Part shown: one piece after another, positions 38,613 to 50,408 of the stretch | Layout: the number at the start of each line of letters is the position of its first letter | Numbering within the stretch: the stretch's first letter is position 1 | NCBI RefSeq assembly: GCF_006345805.1 | Contig: NC_042997.1 | Coordinates: 189,224,001 to 189,288,000, forward strand | Length of the DNA: 64,000 nucleotides | DNA from: Octopus sinensis | Lineage: Eukaryota | Direction: 5' to 3' | Made by a program: the position numbers and the translations under genes | The notes under the pieces: model-generated | What the model was told of the DNA's origin: nothing | Database searches by the model: none | What the model saw: only the letters and a program-made list of their open reading frames with translations

Positions 38613-38840
38613 ATGTCTCTACAAATGGCCAGTGGCATATGTTATACTAGTCAAAACTGGATTTGTATTCTCTTTCGTCGTAAGCCGGTTTTGTTATTTT
38701 CCTTGAAGTGGTTCAAAAGGTAATGAATTCGATCTAAAATGTAATAATTTAAAGGCCCTTTCCTTCCGCTTTCATATGGTTCCTTTCTAATGAATTACAA
38801 ATTATTATCATTTACGTTTTTAGTGCGACTAACAACTAAA

Positions 38841-39055
38841 TCTGTTGTGTCTGAGGAGAGCCATTTTCTTTTTGTGCCTTATAATGTAACACACTCACCG
38901 GTAAAATTTCCACTTATTTCTTATTTTTATTTTCTTAAAATTTTCGTTGCGTCTTGCAACCTTTTCAATAGTCTTGACTCTCCCGAGACACAACAGAATA
39001 TGCTTCAACACACGAACTCATATAAAGAATCATGCAAACCAAATCCAAAACGAAA
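38841..39055 (+). mobile_element. Family E fold-back element with 12-bp TSD
   Basis: Long inverted arm switches to the sense arm at microhomology tgactc (about 38975). TSD taacaa[c/t]taaat at 38830-38841 and 39056-39067. Confidence 0.8.
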
Positions 39056-39125
39056 TAACAATTAAATGCTATCAATAAACTGAAAGATAGCTATTAATGC
39101 CCTCATATATATTTTATACCTGTTA

Positions 39126-39168
39126 TATACTGACAATCGTTCCGGGATCACTCCCTCATCTGTGTATA
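39126..39168 (-). ncRNA. Decayed type I hammerhead motif
   Basis: UAUAC-A-CAGAUGA-GGGA-GUGA-UCCC-GGAA-C-GAUU-GUC-A-GUAUA: GUC triplet, perfect stem II, three deviations from consensus. Confidence 0.45.
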
Positions 39169-39863
39169 TTTGTAGAATTTAAAGTCAAAATTCAATTCAT
39201 ATCGTTTCCTTTTCTTTTGAAATTTTGAAGTGAATACATAATACTTGATGCCCGGAAGATATAACGATTGAATCGAAACAGAGAGAAACACGATTATTCT
39301 TGCTCTAAATTCCTATTATTCATATGATATGATATAATATAAAGTTGTGTCTCATTAATGACTGCTAAGTTGTAGCTTGTGTTGGAGACATTAATTATTA
39401 TATATAGGACGGGATTCTTTCAGTTTCCGTCTACCAAATCCACTCACAAGGCTTTGGTCGGCCCGAAGCTATAGTAGAAGACACTTGCCCAAGGAGCCAC
39501 TCAGTGGGACTGAACCCGGAACCATGTGATTGGGAAGCAAGCCTGTGTAGCTTATGTAACTACACAGAGGAAGATTTTATTTTGAGGAAATTTGAACAAC
39601 GTACTTGATCTGTTACGCACTTTAGAAGTATAACTTTGGATTATTATTGATGTACAGTTAATGTCTGATTTGCTGATCATTAGGGAAATGCATAGTAAAG
39701 TTCAATAGTCAATTAAATTTTGCTGACGGAAAGGACAAATCTAAACAGTAAACTTAAGTGTGCACTAATTAGAGAATGAAATAATAATTACTATCTCCTT
39801 GAGAAGATACAACGCTTATGAGAGCACAGAAAGACACACATGCACACACAGACACAGACACAG

Positions 39864-39906
<43 letters not shown>

Positions 39907-40056
39907 TGCGTAAACACTCATGTAAGTATACATGTTTCCTTCGTTTCATTTCTGCCTCATTAGCACGGGAACTGTAGGATGAAACCGCGTCTTAAGGACG
40001 AGGAGGGAAAATAAGACGACAGCAATAATGATGCTGACAATGATATTGATGACGAA

Positions 40057-40115
<59 letters not shown>

Positions 40116-40130
40116 ATAATAATAATAAAA

Positions 40131-40526
40131 ACTTTTACTTTTACTTTTACTTGTTTCAGTCATTTGACTGTGGCCATGCTGGAGCACCGCCTTTAGTCGA
40201 GCAAATCGACCCCAGGACTTATTCTTTTGTAAGCCTAGTACTTATTCTATCGGTCTCTTTTGCCGAACCGCTAAATTACGGGGACGTAAGCACACCAGCA
40301 TCGGTTGTCAAGCGATGTTGGGAGGACAAACTCAGACACACAAACATACACACACACACACACATACACATATATATATACATGTACATATATACGGCGG
40401 GCTTCTTTCAGTTTCCGTCTACCAAATCCACTCACAAGGCTTTGGTCTGCTCGAGGCTATGGTAGAAGACACTTGCCCAAGGTGCCACGCAGTAGGACTG
40501 AACCCGGAACAACCACTCCTGTGCCT
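40131..40526 (-). mobile_element. SINE-C copy; further minus-strand copies at 39409-39543, 41664-41975, 47411-47836, 50535-50948, 56780-57205 and 60545-60880
   Basis: All are collinear with the reverse complement of 38189-38612. Confidence 0.9.
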
Positions 40527-40925
40527 ACTATTTTGATTTTTTAAATTATTTATGCTGTTGTTAATAGTAATGGTGGAAATTTTTAGAACGGCTGATCACT
40601 CGCTAATGATTCTAGTCGATTAAGAGATAATCTAGAACTAGAAAAATCAACAAAAACTAAGCGTCAAAAAAGGAAGGTAAGACACAAACTCACAGAGGTT
40701 CCAAAACATATCCAGCTTCGCCAATAAAGAACAAGAAGAAGAAAAATACAACAGTATTTTTCTGTGAATCGAATGCAAAATTATAGAAAGCGAAAAAGGC
40801 AAAAAATGGAACGTTTCGAACTTCGGTATTCTTCCTGTTTTAGAAGAAAGAAAAACCAGCTGGTAACTATTTAGAACTTCTGCGAGTTATTACCTACTGT
40901 GCGTTTATATGAACGAGTATTTACC

Positions 40926-41338
40926 TATTTCTTTACTACCCACAAGGGGCTAAACACAGGGAACAAACAAGGACAGACAAACGGATTAAGTCGATTACAT
41001 CGACCCCAGTGCGTAACTGATACTTATTTAATCGACTCCGAAAGGATGAAAAGCAAAGTCGACCTCGGCGAAATTTGAACTCAGAACGTAGCGGCAGACG
41101 AAATACCTATTTCTTTACTACCCACAAGGGGCTAGACACAGAAGGGACAAACAAGGACAGACAAACGGATTAAGTCGATTACATCGACCCCAGTTCGTAA
41201 CTGGTACTTAATTTATCGACCCCGAAAGGATGAAAGGCAAAGTCGACCTCGGCGAATTTGAACTCAGAACGTAGCGATGGGCAAAATACCGCTAAGCATT
41301 TCGCCCGGCGTGCTAACGTTTCTGCCAGCTCGCCGCCT
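40926..41338 (-). mobile_element. SINE-A dimer with perfect 18-bp TSD
   Basis: tatgaacgagtatttacc at 40908-40925 and 41339-41356. Internal junction at about 41108. Confidence 0.9.
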
Positions 41339-42049
41339 TATGAACGAGTATTTACCGGCGTTTAACTGACATACACGCATACAAACGAATGCATTCATTC
41401 ATAAGAAATAAAGCATCTGCGTAGGGCTTTCTAGGCAGGTATTCTGCTGTTTCAGAAGCAGCTGCATAAACAATGAAATCATGAAAGCACGTTAAAAACA
41501 TCCGAATGAATTTAATTCATTTGGTTTCTGACTAAAGATTCAAAACTTTAGATGTAACAACACTCTATGATGGAATTTGGAACATGTCCAAATCCCGAAT
41601 ATCTAAAAGTATGATTGCACTCGTAGACACCCATGCAGCGACATATTACACACTTTTATAACAACTCTTTTACTTGTTTCAGTCATTGGAGTGTGGCCAT
41701 GCTGGAGCACCTATTGAAGAGTTTAGTCGGACAAATCGGCTCCAGTACTTATTATATCAGTCTCTTTTGCCGGACCGTTATGTTAGGAGGATGTCAAGCG
41801 GTGTAGAGACAAGCACAAAGACATGCGCACTCTCACATACATATACACACACGACACAGTTTTCAGCAATCAAATTCACTGACAAGGCATTGGTCGACTC
41901 TTGCCATCAATAAAAGACCGTTTTCCAAGGTGTGCGTAATGGGTGTGAACCCTATCTAAAATCATGTGGTTGGGATATACCAGCAGATAGTTCTTACACC
42001 ATTTTGCATATAGTCATAGACAGCAAAACACATACCTTGTGTATGTGTA

Positions 42050-42513
42050 CCGTAAATCCTCGAGTATAGCCCACAGGAGATTTTTAGGGGTCTGTACCTC
42101 TGAAAAACCTAAACCTTGTGTATAATACGCACCCCTTCTCTAACTTGAGTCAAGGAGGTCTATATAACGTCCTTGGTTTGTAAAACTATATACAGTAACG
42201 ACCTTTATTATTATTGTATGTATAACATAATGCAAACGTGTAGCTTTTTCTTGCATTTTGTTTGCAGAAAATAAAGAAATAACAGTAATAACGTTTAATA
42301 AATGTTGCTTACTGCAAGTTATGGATGATTCTTTTATGACTTCATTGCTTTCAGGCTTAGCTTAAGGTATTTTCGCGTCTGAATAAACATTGCCGGACAG
42401 CAAATAGAGACTCGGACATTGCTTAGAAAATATTTTTCATTTTTAACCTTGTATATAGTACGCACCAGGGATTTTGACCTTTAAATTTTGGGAAAAATGC
42501 GGATTATACTCGG
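42050..42513. mobile_element. Tc2/pogo-like MITE, TA TSD, right TIR partly deleted
   Basis: ta|ccgtaaatcctcgagtatagcc at left versus ggattatactc...gg|ta at right. Confidence 0.65.
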
Positions 42514-42559
42514 TATTCAATATTGTTTATACCTCTCGAGCTACTTCTAATTCATACTT

Positions 42560-42887
42560 GAGGTTTTTCCTTGGTCATCCCAGTAGTTGTAGGGGCACTC
42601 GGAGCTTTAACAACGAAGTTCGAGAAATATGTTGGAGAAAATGGAATTGACATAAGGATAGAGCACGCTAAAAAAAAAAAAACTGATCTATTGGGGACAG
42701 TGAGGATTTTGAGATTGGTACTTGGTCGTTGAGTATCATCCACAATATTAAAAATCTAGGTACCAAGTCTGATAATTGGTGGAAAGAGAACCTGAGAGAC
42801 CTTGTGAAACCTTTGACAACAGGTTGCCGTCCGGTCTCACAGTATTTACCGGAGCGAGCAAGATAGAGAACTCTGAGAGGTAAAATA
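42560..42887 (+). mobile_element. Dong/R4-clade 3' fragment ending in (TAA)n
   Basis: VIPVVVGALGALTTKFEKYVGENGIDIRIEHA/KTDLLGTVRILRLVLGR* is a canonical R4/Dong C-terminus. The 3' UTR is followed by (TAA)n at 42888-43020. Confidence 0.85.
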
Positions 42888-42908
42888 TAATAATAATAAT
42901 AATAATAA

Positions 42909-42958
<50 letters not shown>

Positions 42959-42975
42959 TAATAATAATAATAATG

Positions 42976-43007
<32 letters not shown>

Positions 43008-43020
43008 GATAATAATAATA

Positions 43021-43524
43021 AATGCCCTGATACAATACCAGGCATTGGATTTGAAAGAGTTATGTATATTGTTTTGTCTTGGTATAAAAGATGGGCTATA
43101 GCAAATATTCTGCTCAATACCTCAGATTTGCTTGTCAGTTGTTTGACCTTAATCAGTTGAGCATGTCTCTTGGTGGCTGACGATATGTGCATCTCTGATC
43201 ACGAGCAGAAGTAGCGAGGGAGCATCATAACCATGTGTTGAGAGGAATTCTTTGGGGTTTGAATTATTCAATAATTCACTTTTGGGAACATGGGCGTTCT
43301 GTTCAACTCCTCAAAAAACCGTTATCCAGGGACTTTTTGAGTGGGATGGGATACTCGACCTGAAGAAAATTCTAACTGGGCCCCACCTGTAAGGTCATGA
43401 GCTGTTTATCTTGATGCATGTGCCTGGTGTACCCTTATCAGACGGGTAGTCATAATGGGTGTACTGGGCTTTGTATATTTGTATCCCAGTGTTACTTTGA
43501 TGGCTCGCTCTGCTCTCTCACTCA
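43021..43524. mobile_element. ~500-bp non-coding segment bounded by (TAA)n on both sides; probable TAA-targeted non-autonomous element
   Basis: Sharp rise in GC between two TAA tracts. Single copy in this window. Confidence 0.4.
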
Positions 43525-43803
43525 ATAATAATAATTGATAGAATTAACACTATTATAATTAAGCTTTGTAATTTACCTGCATCGGAGATCCGTCAATGGA
43601 AGCTGATTCATAAGTCTGACCGAATTTGAACTTGAATGTTCTTCCCTTGGGTACTCCTACAATACCAACATTGATTTCCCAGGTATCATCACTCAGTTTT
43701 TTATATTCAATCTCTGTACGGGCTGCTCTATACCACTCCTTCTTCTCGGCGGGCAGTCCTGTGGAGTAGAGAAATAAATAAAAATGTCATATGTTAAAAA
43801 GAG

Positions 43804-43943
43804 TCAAAACTATTGAAAAGGTTGCAAGACGCAACGAAAATTTTAGGAAAATAAAAACAAGAAAAAAAAAGTGGAAATTTTACCGGTGAGTGTGTTATAT
43901 TATAAGGCGCAAAAAGAAAATGACTCTCCCCAGACACAACAGA
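43804..43943 (+). mobile_element. Family E element without inverted arm, 14-bp TSD
   Basis: atatgttaaaaaga at 43790-43803 and 43944-43957. Contains the hammerhead motif at 43810-43846. Confidence 0.8.
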
Positions 43944-44371
43944 ATATGTTAAAAAGATATAGCTAAAAGGAGTGAAAAAAAAACAAACAAAATAAAACAA
44001 TATTAAAAAGATAAGTTTGCAAACGTTATTCGAAACAGGTCATTTGTCTATAGACAGTAATTTAGAGAGCCATGGCAACGCAGTTGGGACGAGTTCCATT
44101 ATAAATAAGAACTAATATAAAGATTGGACTTCAACGCTAAAATGTTTAACAATCTTATAATTCTTTCAAAAATAATCCCTATCAAAACGTAAAGGGAACA
44201 AGAGGGTTTCTGGCTTCGTTGCTGTGACAAGATTACAGCAATCACACTTGTATAAGGGATATTTCAACCACCGCCACCACACATGTATGTATGTATGTAT
44301 GTATGTATGTATGTATGTATGTATGTATGTATGTATGTATGTATGTATGAATGTGTGTGTATGTGTGTATG

Positions 44372-44402
<31 letters not shown>

Positions 44403-45429
44403 ATGTATGTATGTATGCAAATGGTCCCCCTACCAAAAAAAAAAACGGCCAATGCTATTGTGTAATATACATTGCATAACATGAATGATTAAATCTTTCT
44501 TATCATCCATGTGTGATTGTTTAATTCATGTTGTTGAAACAATTGTAAACCATGGAATAATGTTATGCCACCCTTTACTTATACATACATACATACATAC
44601 ATACATACATACATACATACATACATACATACATACATACATACATACATACATACATACGTACATACATGTATATAATATAACATTACATAGTATAATT
44701 ATATTGTATAATATATATAATATAATATTCATGCTTAATCTTTCTCCTAGTTGCATTAACACAAGGCGTTCATTCGCCGTTTTCATATATTCCACAAATT
44801 CTTCCTGCAAACTACAACACGCTTTGAACATTTATCAATCTAATAATATGGGAAAAGGACGAGGAATTCTGTGTCTTGGAGAGACATGCGTTCGAAAATT
44901 ATCGCAGAATGAAATCAAATATCGAGACCTGCACCAAAAATTTCAAATATTCGGGCTAGATATCGTTGCAAATTATCTTAATCTAGAGCGACAACTATAA
45001 AGGCGGCATTACGGGGATATTGGGTGTTCAGAAGAGTGGTGAATAAAAAAAATTTAAACCAGAGAGAGTACTTAAATTTTTAAAATACATTATATAAATC
45101 TTTGCTGGGAATAACATATGAGCAGTGTTATCAGTAAGAATATGACTGATGATGCCCCAGGGACGAATGTAATTCATTATATAACTCCTCGTCTTCTTTA
45201 GGAATTTTCATAAAATTTAAACATGGAAGGCACTAGTTTACGCAAATTATGGGATAGTACCAGAAAATATAGATAAAAAAACCAATGTGCAAAATCAGTT
45301 TTTGTTTGATTAAATAATTTGATTTTATTTCGTCAAAACACAGAGAATGGTATTATTTATAAAACATCATTCGGTGAAAGTGAGATATGATCATTTATAA
45401 AACATTTATAAAATGATCATTTATAAAAC

Positions 45430-45665
45430 AAAGGCGGCGAGCTGACAGAAACGTTAGCACGCCGGGCGAAATGCGTAGCTGTATTTCGTCTGCCGTTATG
45501 TTCTGAGTTCAAATTCCGCCGAGGTCAACTTTGCCTTTCATTCTTTCGCGGTCGATTAAATAAGTACCAGTTACGCACTGGGGTCGATATAATCGACTTA
45601 ATCTGTTTGTCTGTCCTTGTTTGTCCTCTCCGTGTTTAGCCCCTTGTGGATAGTAAAGAAATAGG
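45430..45665 (+). mobile_element. SINE-A monomer (tail 2) within locally duplicated atcatttataaaaca sequence
   Basis: Intact head to gtaaagaaatag. The flanking motif is repeated on both sides. Confidence 0.9.
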
Positions 45666-46039
45666 TATCATTTATAAAACATCAGAGTGGTATCATTTAT
45701 AAAACATCATTCGGTGAAAATGGGCTGTGATCTAGAAAAGTTTCTGAGCCACTGTTTTAAAGTATTAAAACAGATTATCTAACCTGAAAATTTGACAATC
45801 TTAGTTTAGAAATTTTGGCCTTATCATTATGAGTCACGTAGTTTCATACTTTATATGGATCCTTATAATGGTTTCATTAAGCTTTACTGCTGATTATTAT
45901 CATTTCTAGCCGACGGTTTTAAGTCATTCATGAGCAAAAATTATTGTGTTGGAAATTGATATAGTTTATTCGAAAATCTATGCTGCAAAGATCAAAGCTT
46001 CAGTTTCAAGCTTCATGGAAATTTTCGTTAGCCACACCG

Positions 46040-46330
46040 TTGATTTTTGTTGTCTGGCCTACTCCATCCCCATATCGCTTTTAACTTGACCAATAGATTC
46101 TTTTGTTCGTCAGTCAAACTTTCTTTCCGCCAGTTTTAATCTTTTCTTCAACATCTGTGATCTGGGATGCGTTTACTCTTTCAATAAGCTATTCCAAATC
46201 GTTCTTTACATACCAAACAACACCATTCTCTTCTGCTTCTATGCACTTTTCACATTCAATCAGATATCCTCTTGCAGCTGTAGTTATATGTATGAATGAT
46301 CGGTCCCGTTTTCAGATGGAATGTAGCCTC
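46040..46330 (-). mobile_element. Old Dong/R4-like internal fragment (post-RT region)
   Basis: RGYLIECEKCIEAEENGVVWYVKNDLE*LIERV resembles the GGRGLI.CE.C...EEN.L.WYV motif. Confidence 0.55.
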
Positions 46331-46397
46331 AGTTATTCTATTTTTCTATTGTTTCAACTATACATACGTATACATACATAATACCGCACACACACAC

Positions 46398-46744
46398 TTT
46401 TCGTTTTGGATTTAGTTTGGAAGACTTTAGATGTGAACTCGTGTGTTGAAACAAATTTTGTTGAATCTCGTGAGGGTTATTACTCCAATAATAAGCAAAC
46501 ACCCTGGTTAAGTTTTTTTCTTTATTATTTGTTAATTGGTTAGTTATTTAATCAACCAGCTAATCGATCGCCTCTTTAATCAGTGAGTTGTTGAGGTCAT
46601 GAATAGCAACAAAAGGATTTTCACAAACAACTGATTGCTTATTCAACCGACTGATTAAGCTAGCAGTCGATTAATTGGCTGATTAAATAACTAACCAATT
46701 GACTACTAATATTATCATTATTGGAGTAATGGCCCTCCCAAAAT
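46398..46744 (-). mobile_element. Family G fold-back element with the E/F-type tail
   Basis: Tail reverse complement at 46398-46465. Arms gagggttattactccaataat...aattggttagttatttaatca versus tgattaaataactaaccaatt...attattggagtaatggccctc. Confidence 0.7.
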
Positions 46745-46809
<65 letters not shown>

Positions 46810-46816
<7 letters not shown>

Positions 46817-47147
46817 AAATCCGTTCTGTCTGTCTGTCAGTGTGTCTTCTAGGATCTCGGGCATCCTCCATCTGATTGCGCTCAAGTTTGATATGTATGA
46901 GTCTTGAAAAGATTACAAAAATCGATTCCAGGTGAGAATGCAATTGATAAAGTGAATAAAATCGTTTTTCTTTGGAATAGAAAAAAGTCTATCTTTATTT
47001 CTTCTTTTGCTGGTGTCTCAAATTTAGGTTAAATCAGTGTTTCTCAAAGGGGAGGCCTATGGGACGGTGGGACAAGTTGTTTTGAGAAAATTTGGTTTAA
47101 ATGTTTGACAACTCAGCGCCGTCCATTGGACGGGGGGCGTTTGCTCG
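46810..47147 (+). mobile_element. Non-autonomous Helitron family 2
   Basis: Starts in (TA)n-aaaatccgtt. Subterminal hairpin ccgtccattggacgg. The second copy at 63559-63777(-) ends in CTAG|T. Confidence 0.75.
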
Positions 47148-47174
47148 TGTATATATATATATATATATATACGT

Positions 47175-47403
47175 TATTTCATGTTGCCCCTATCCATTCA
47201 GCTGGCAAAAATGAGTAGTACCTGTATTTCAAAGGCCAGTCTAGTCATATATCCTGTGTCACGCTGAATCTCCCTGAGAACTATGTTAAGGGTACGCGTG
47301 TTTGTGACGTACTCAGCCACTTGCACGTCAGTTTCACGAGCAAGATGTTCCATTGATCGGATCAACTGGAACACTCGTCGTCGTAACCGACGGAGTGCCA
47401 GTT
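47175..47403 (+). mobile_element. 5'-truncated CORE-like SINE with a distinct tail
   Basis: Starts with the family D CORE end tcagctggcaaaaatgagta, then diverges. Confidence 0.6.
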
Positions 47404-47607
47404 GTTATTATACTCTTTTCTTGTTTCAGTCATTTGACTGTGGCCATGCTGGAGCACCGCCTTTTAGTCGAGCAAATCGACCCCAGGACTTATACTTTGT
47501 AAACCTAGTATTCTATCGGTCTCTTTCGCTGAACCGCTAAGTTACGGGGACGTAAACACACCAGCATCGGTTGTCAAGCGATGTTGGGGGGACAAACAGA
47601 CACACAA

Positions 47608-47645
<38 letters not shown>

Positions 47646-48243
47646 AAACAGACACACATATATACATATATATGACGGGCTTCTTTCAGTTTCCGTCAAC
47701 CAAATCCACTGACAAGGCTTTGGTCAGCCTGAGGCTATAGTAGAAGACACTTGCCAAAGGTGCCACACAGTGGGACTGAACCCTGAACCATGTTGTTGGT
47801 AAGCAAGCTACTTACCACACAGCCACTCCTACGCCTATACTTTATAAATCTGATAAAAATATTCACTGCTTATATATTTTCATTTTTTTTATTTGTTTCT
47901 ACAACCGCGTAACACGCACACTATTGATGTTTGCTTTCTTCTTATAACAGATTATGCAAATTGGTTTCATATATACCACATAGTGTAATGTTACTTTTAT
48001 AACATTTTAATGTGCAGAAGTGTACGTAACAAACCCAGTTAACAAAATGCTTTTCATTCTCATGTTCACGATTTTATCAAATTCATTAAATTCAAGTTTG
48101 TCCTCAAGTTACCAAGTACTGGAATGTATCAGCCGTACGCGTCCAGTAATCGGTAGGAAGTACATAAGGAGGTAATAAACGATGCTTAAATTAATATATA
48201 AAATTTCAATATAAAGCAATTTTAGTTTTCCATTCAAGTGAAT

Positions 48244-48560
48244 GTGGAGGCGCAATGGCCCAGTGGTTAGGGCAGCAGACTCGCGGTCGGAGGATCGCGG
48301 TTTCAATTCCCAGACTGGGTGTTGTGTGTGTTTATTGAGCGAAAACATCTAAAGTTCCACGAGGCTTCGGCAGGGGGTGGTGGCGACCCCTGTTGTACTC
48401 TTTCGCTCCAACTTTCCCTCACTCTTTCTTCCTGTTTCTTGAGTAACGCTGTGATGGACTGGCATCCCGTCTAGCTGGGGGGAACACATACGCCATAGAA
48501 CCGGGAAACCGGGCCCATGAGCCTGGCTAGGCTTGAAAAGGGCGCATAAATAAATAAAAA
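48244..48560 (+). mobile_element. SINE-B type 2 (B head and middle + D tail), perfect 12-bp TSD
   Basis: attcaagtgaat at 48232-48243 and 48561-48572. Confidence 0.9.
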
Positions 48561-49126
48561 ATTCAAGTGAATATTAATAATTAGATGTTATATGATCTAA
48601 ATTATTTTGAATACAGAGTTTCTTCATCAAATTCGTTGTCAACCTCAATCTAGTCAACGTCAACTTCATATTCGTCGATCAGTATACGTATTTACTAACG
48701 TAAGCACATATATTACCATCACCGGATTCACTTTGATTACCGGTGATAATTGTTTTGGATTCTTTTTAGAAATATGTTAAGAGAGTTGAGAAATGGAAAT
48801 AATGAATAAAAAGTCAAACTAATGCCATTTATTTTTGTATATGCATATAGTATGATATTAATAGTTATCGCCAAGCTAACATGGCAGTCCAGAAAAATAG
48901 GATGAATGCTGCCGTTGATTAGCTCTAAGAGACCATCGCCTCTAGCTAGCTATAGAGAGAATTAGAAATAATGATATTTCTATATAGTATGAGTTTTACG
49001 TATATATAATTGATTAAATTTACATATCCTAAAATCCTTAAAAATGTTTCAGCCCTAAGGCTGCGGCCATGCTGAGGCACCACCGCTGAAATATATTTAT
49101 TATAATATATTTATTATAATGTAAGA

Positions 49127-49330
49127 TATTCTGTTGTCCCTGGGGAGAGTCATTTTCTTTTTGTGCCTTATAATGTAACACATTCATCGGTAAAATTTCG
49201 ATTTATTTCTTATTTTTATTGTAAAAAGGCACAAAAAGAAAATGACTTTCCCCAGACACAACAGAATATGCTTCAACGCACGAACTCATATAAAGAATCT
49301 TGCAAACCAAATCCAAAAGCGAAATGTAAC
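49127..49330 (+). mobile_element. Family E fold-back element with 22-bp TSD
   Basis: atatatttattataatgtaaga at 49105-49126 and 49331-49352. The hammerhead region is absent from this copy. Confidence 0.8.
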
Positions 49331-49603
49331 ATATATTTATTATAATGTAAGACGCAACAAATTTTATTATACAAAACTTGTAATACTTTACAAAACATTT
49401 AGACTGAATCTATTGTGTAGGCGTACACATTTTAAAGAGCAATATATATATATTTTAACAACTGGAAAATAACTCGCCTTTCTTAATTTTTACTGTTTCG
49501 TAATGGCATATTATTCGTTAAGCATATAATCTTTTAAATAAGTATTAGGAATGTGATTTGGATTGTTGACTGAAACAGGTCTTAAATATATGTAGCAATT
49601 CAT

Positions 49604-49836
49604 GAAGGCGGCGAGCTGGCAGAATCGTTAGCACGCCGGGCGAAATGCGTAGCCGTATTTCGTCTGGCGCTACGTTCTGAGTTCAAATTCCGCCGAGGTC
49701 GACTTTGCCTTTCATCCTTTCGGGGTCGATAAATTAAGTACCAGTTACGCACTGAGGTCGATGTAATCGACTTAATCCGTTTGTCTGTCCTTGTCTGTCC
49801 TCTCTGTGTTTAGCCCCTTGTTGGTAGTAAAGAAAT
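49604..49836 (+). mobile_element. SINE-A monomer (tail 2)
   Basis: Intact head to gtagtaaagaaata. Confidence 0.9.
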
Positions 49837-49969
49837 ATATATGAAATTAACGTTACTCCCACTCGATGACTGTCACCTTAGTTCAATTCTAAGGATTTAT
49901 ATATCGAATATTTTAATGTGTGATACAGAATATTTCTACAATGATTTTAAATCAGTGCCAACATCTTTA

Positions 49970-50215
49970 ATACGGTGGATCAAAATATTTCAGCTAAAAT
50001 TACATCCGTAGTGAGAAGAACGAATGCCCAAGGACGAAAGAAGAGAGGGAGATACAGGAAGAGATTGCACACCACCTTCAAAGAAGAGGTGAAGCAATTT
50101 AGCGTCGCCTGGGATGATACGGGCAATGATGCTAAAAACCAGCATTACTGGAAACGTCTTGTTGCTGAATGTAGAGGCCAACTGTACGGGAGGAACTATG
50201 ACCAATACTAAGAGT
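49970..50215 (+). mobile_element. RTE-clade LINE extreme 3' fragment
   Basis: GRKKRGRYRKRLHTTFKEE...W...AKNQHYWKRLVAEC matches the RTE C-terminal RGRP...W...A.DR..W pattern. Confidence 0.7.
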
Positions 50216-50363
50216 AATGAGAAGAAAAAGAACCCCCCACACTAACTAAACATAGACGCTCATAGAGTTATACGCATGCACAAATGAAGACACATACAAT
50301 AGAAATACAAAATGGCTGACGGTTAGTAAGGAGAGACGCACAAATAAGAAAGAAGAAAGCAAA

Positions 50364-50408
50364 GGACCACTGATGCGGTCACAGGAGTGTGACGAAAGAA
50401 CTCTGGCC
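50364..50408 (+). ncRNA. Type I hammerhead motif (A9C) in family F element
   Basis: GG-A-CCA-CUGAUGC-G-GUCAC-AGGAGU-GUGAC-GAAA-G-AA-C-UC-UGG-CC. Confidence 0.6.

Noticed and set aside
45141-45178. ctgatga...gggac-gaat hammerhead-like string
   Set aside because: GAAA and NUH are not in register and stem II is mismatched; single copy.
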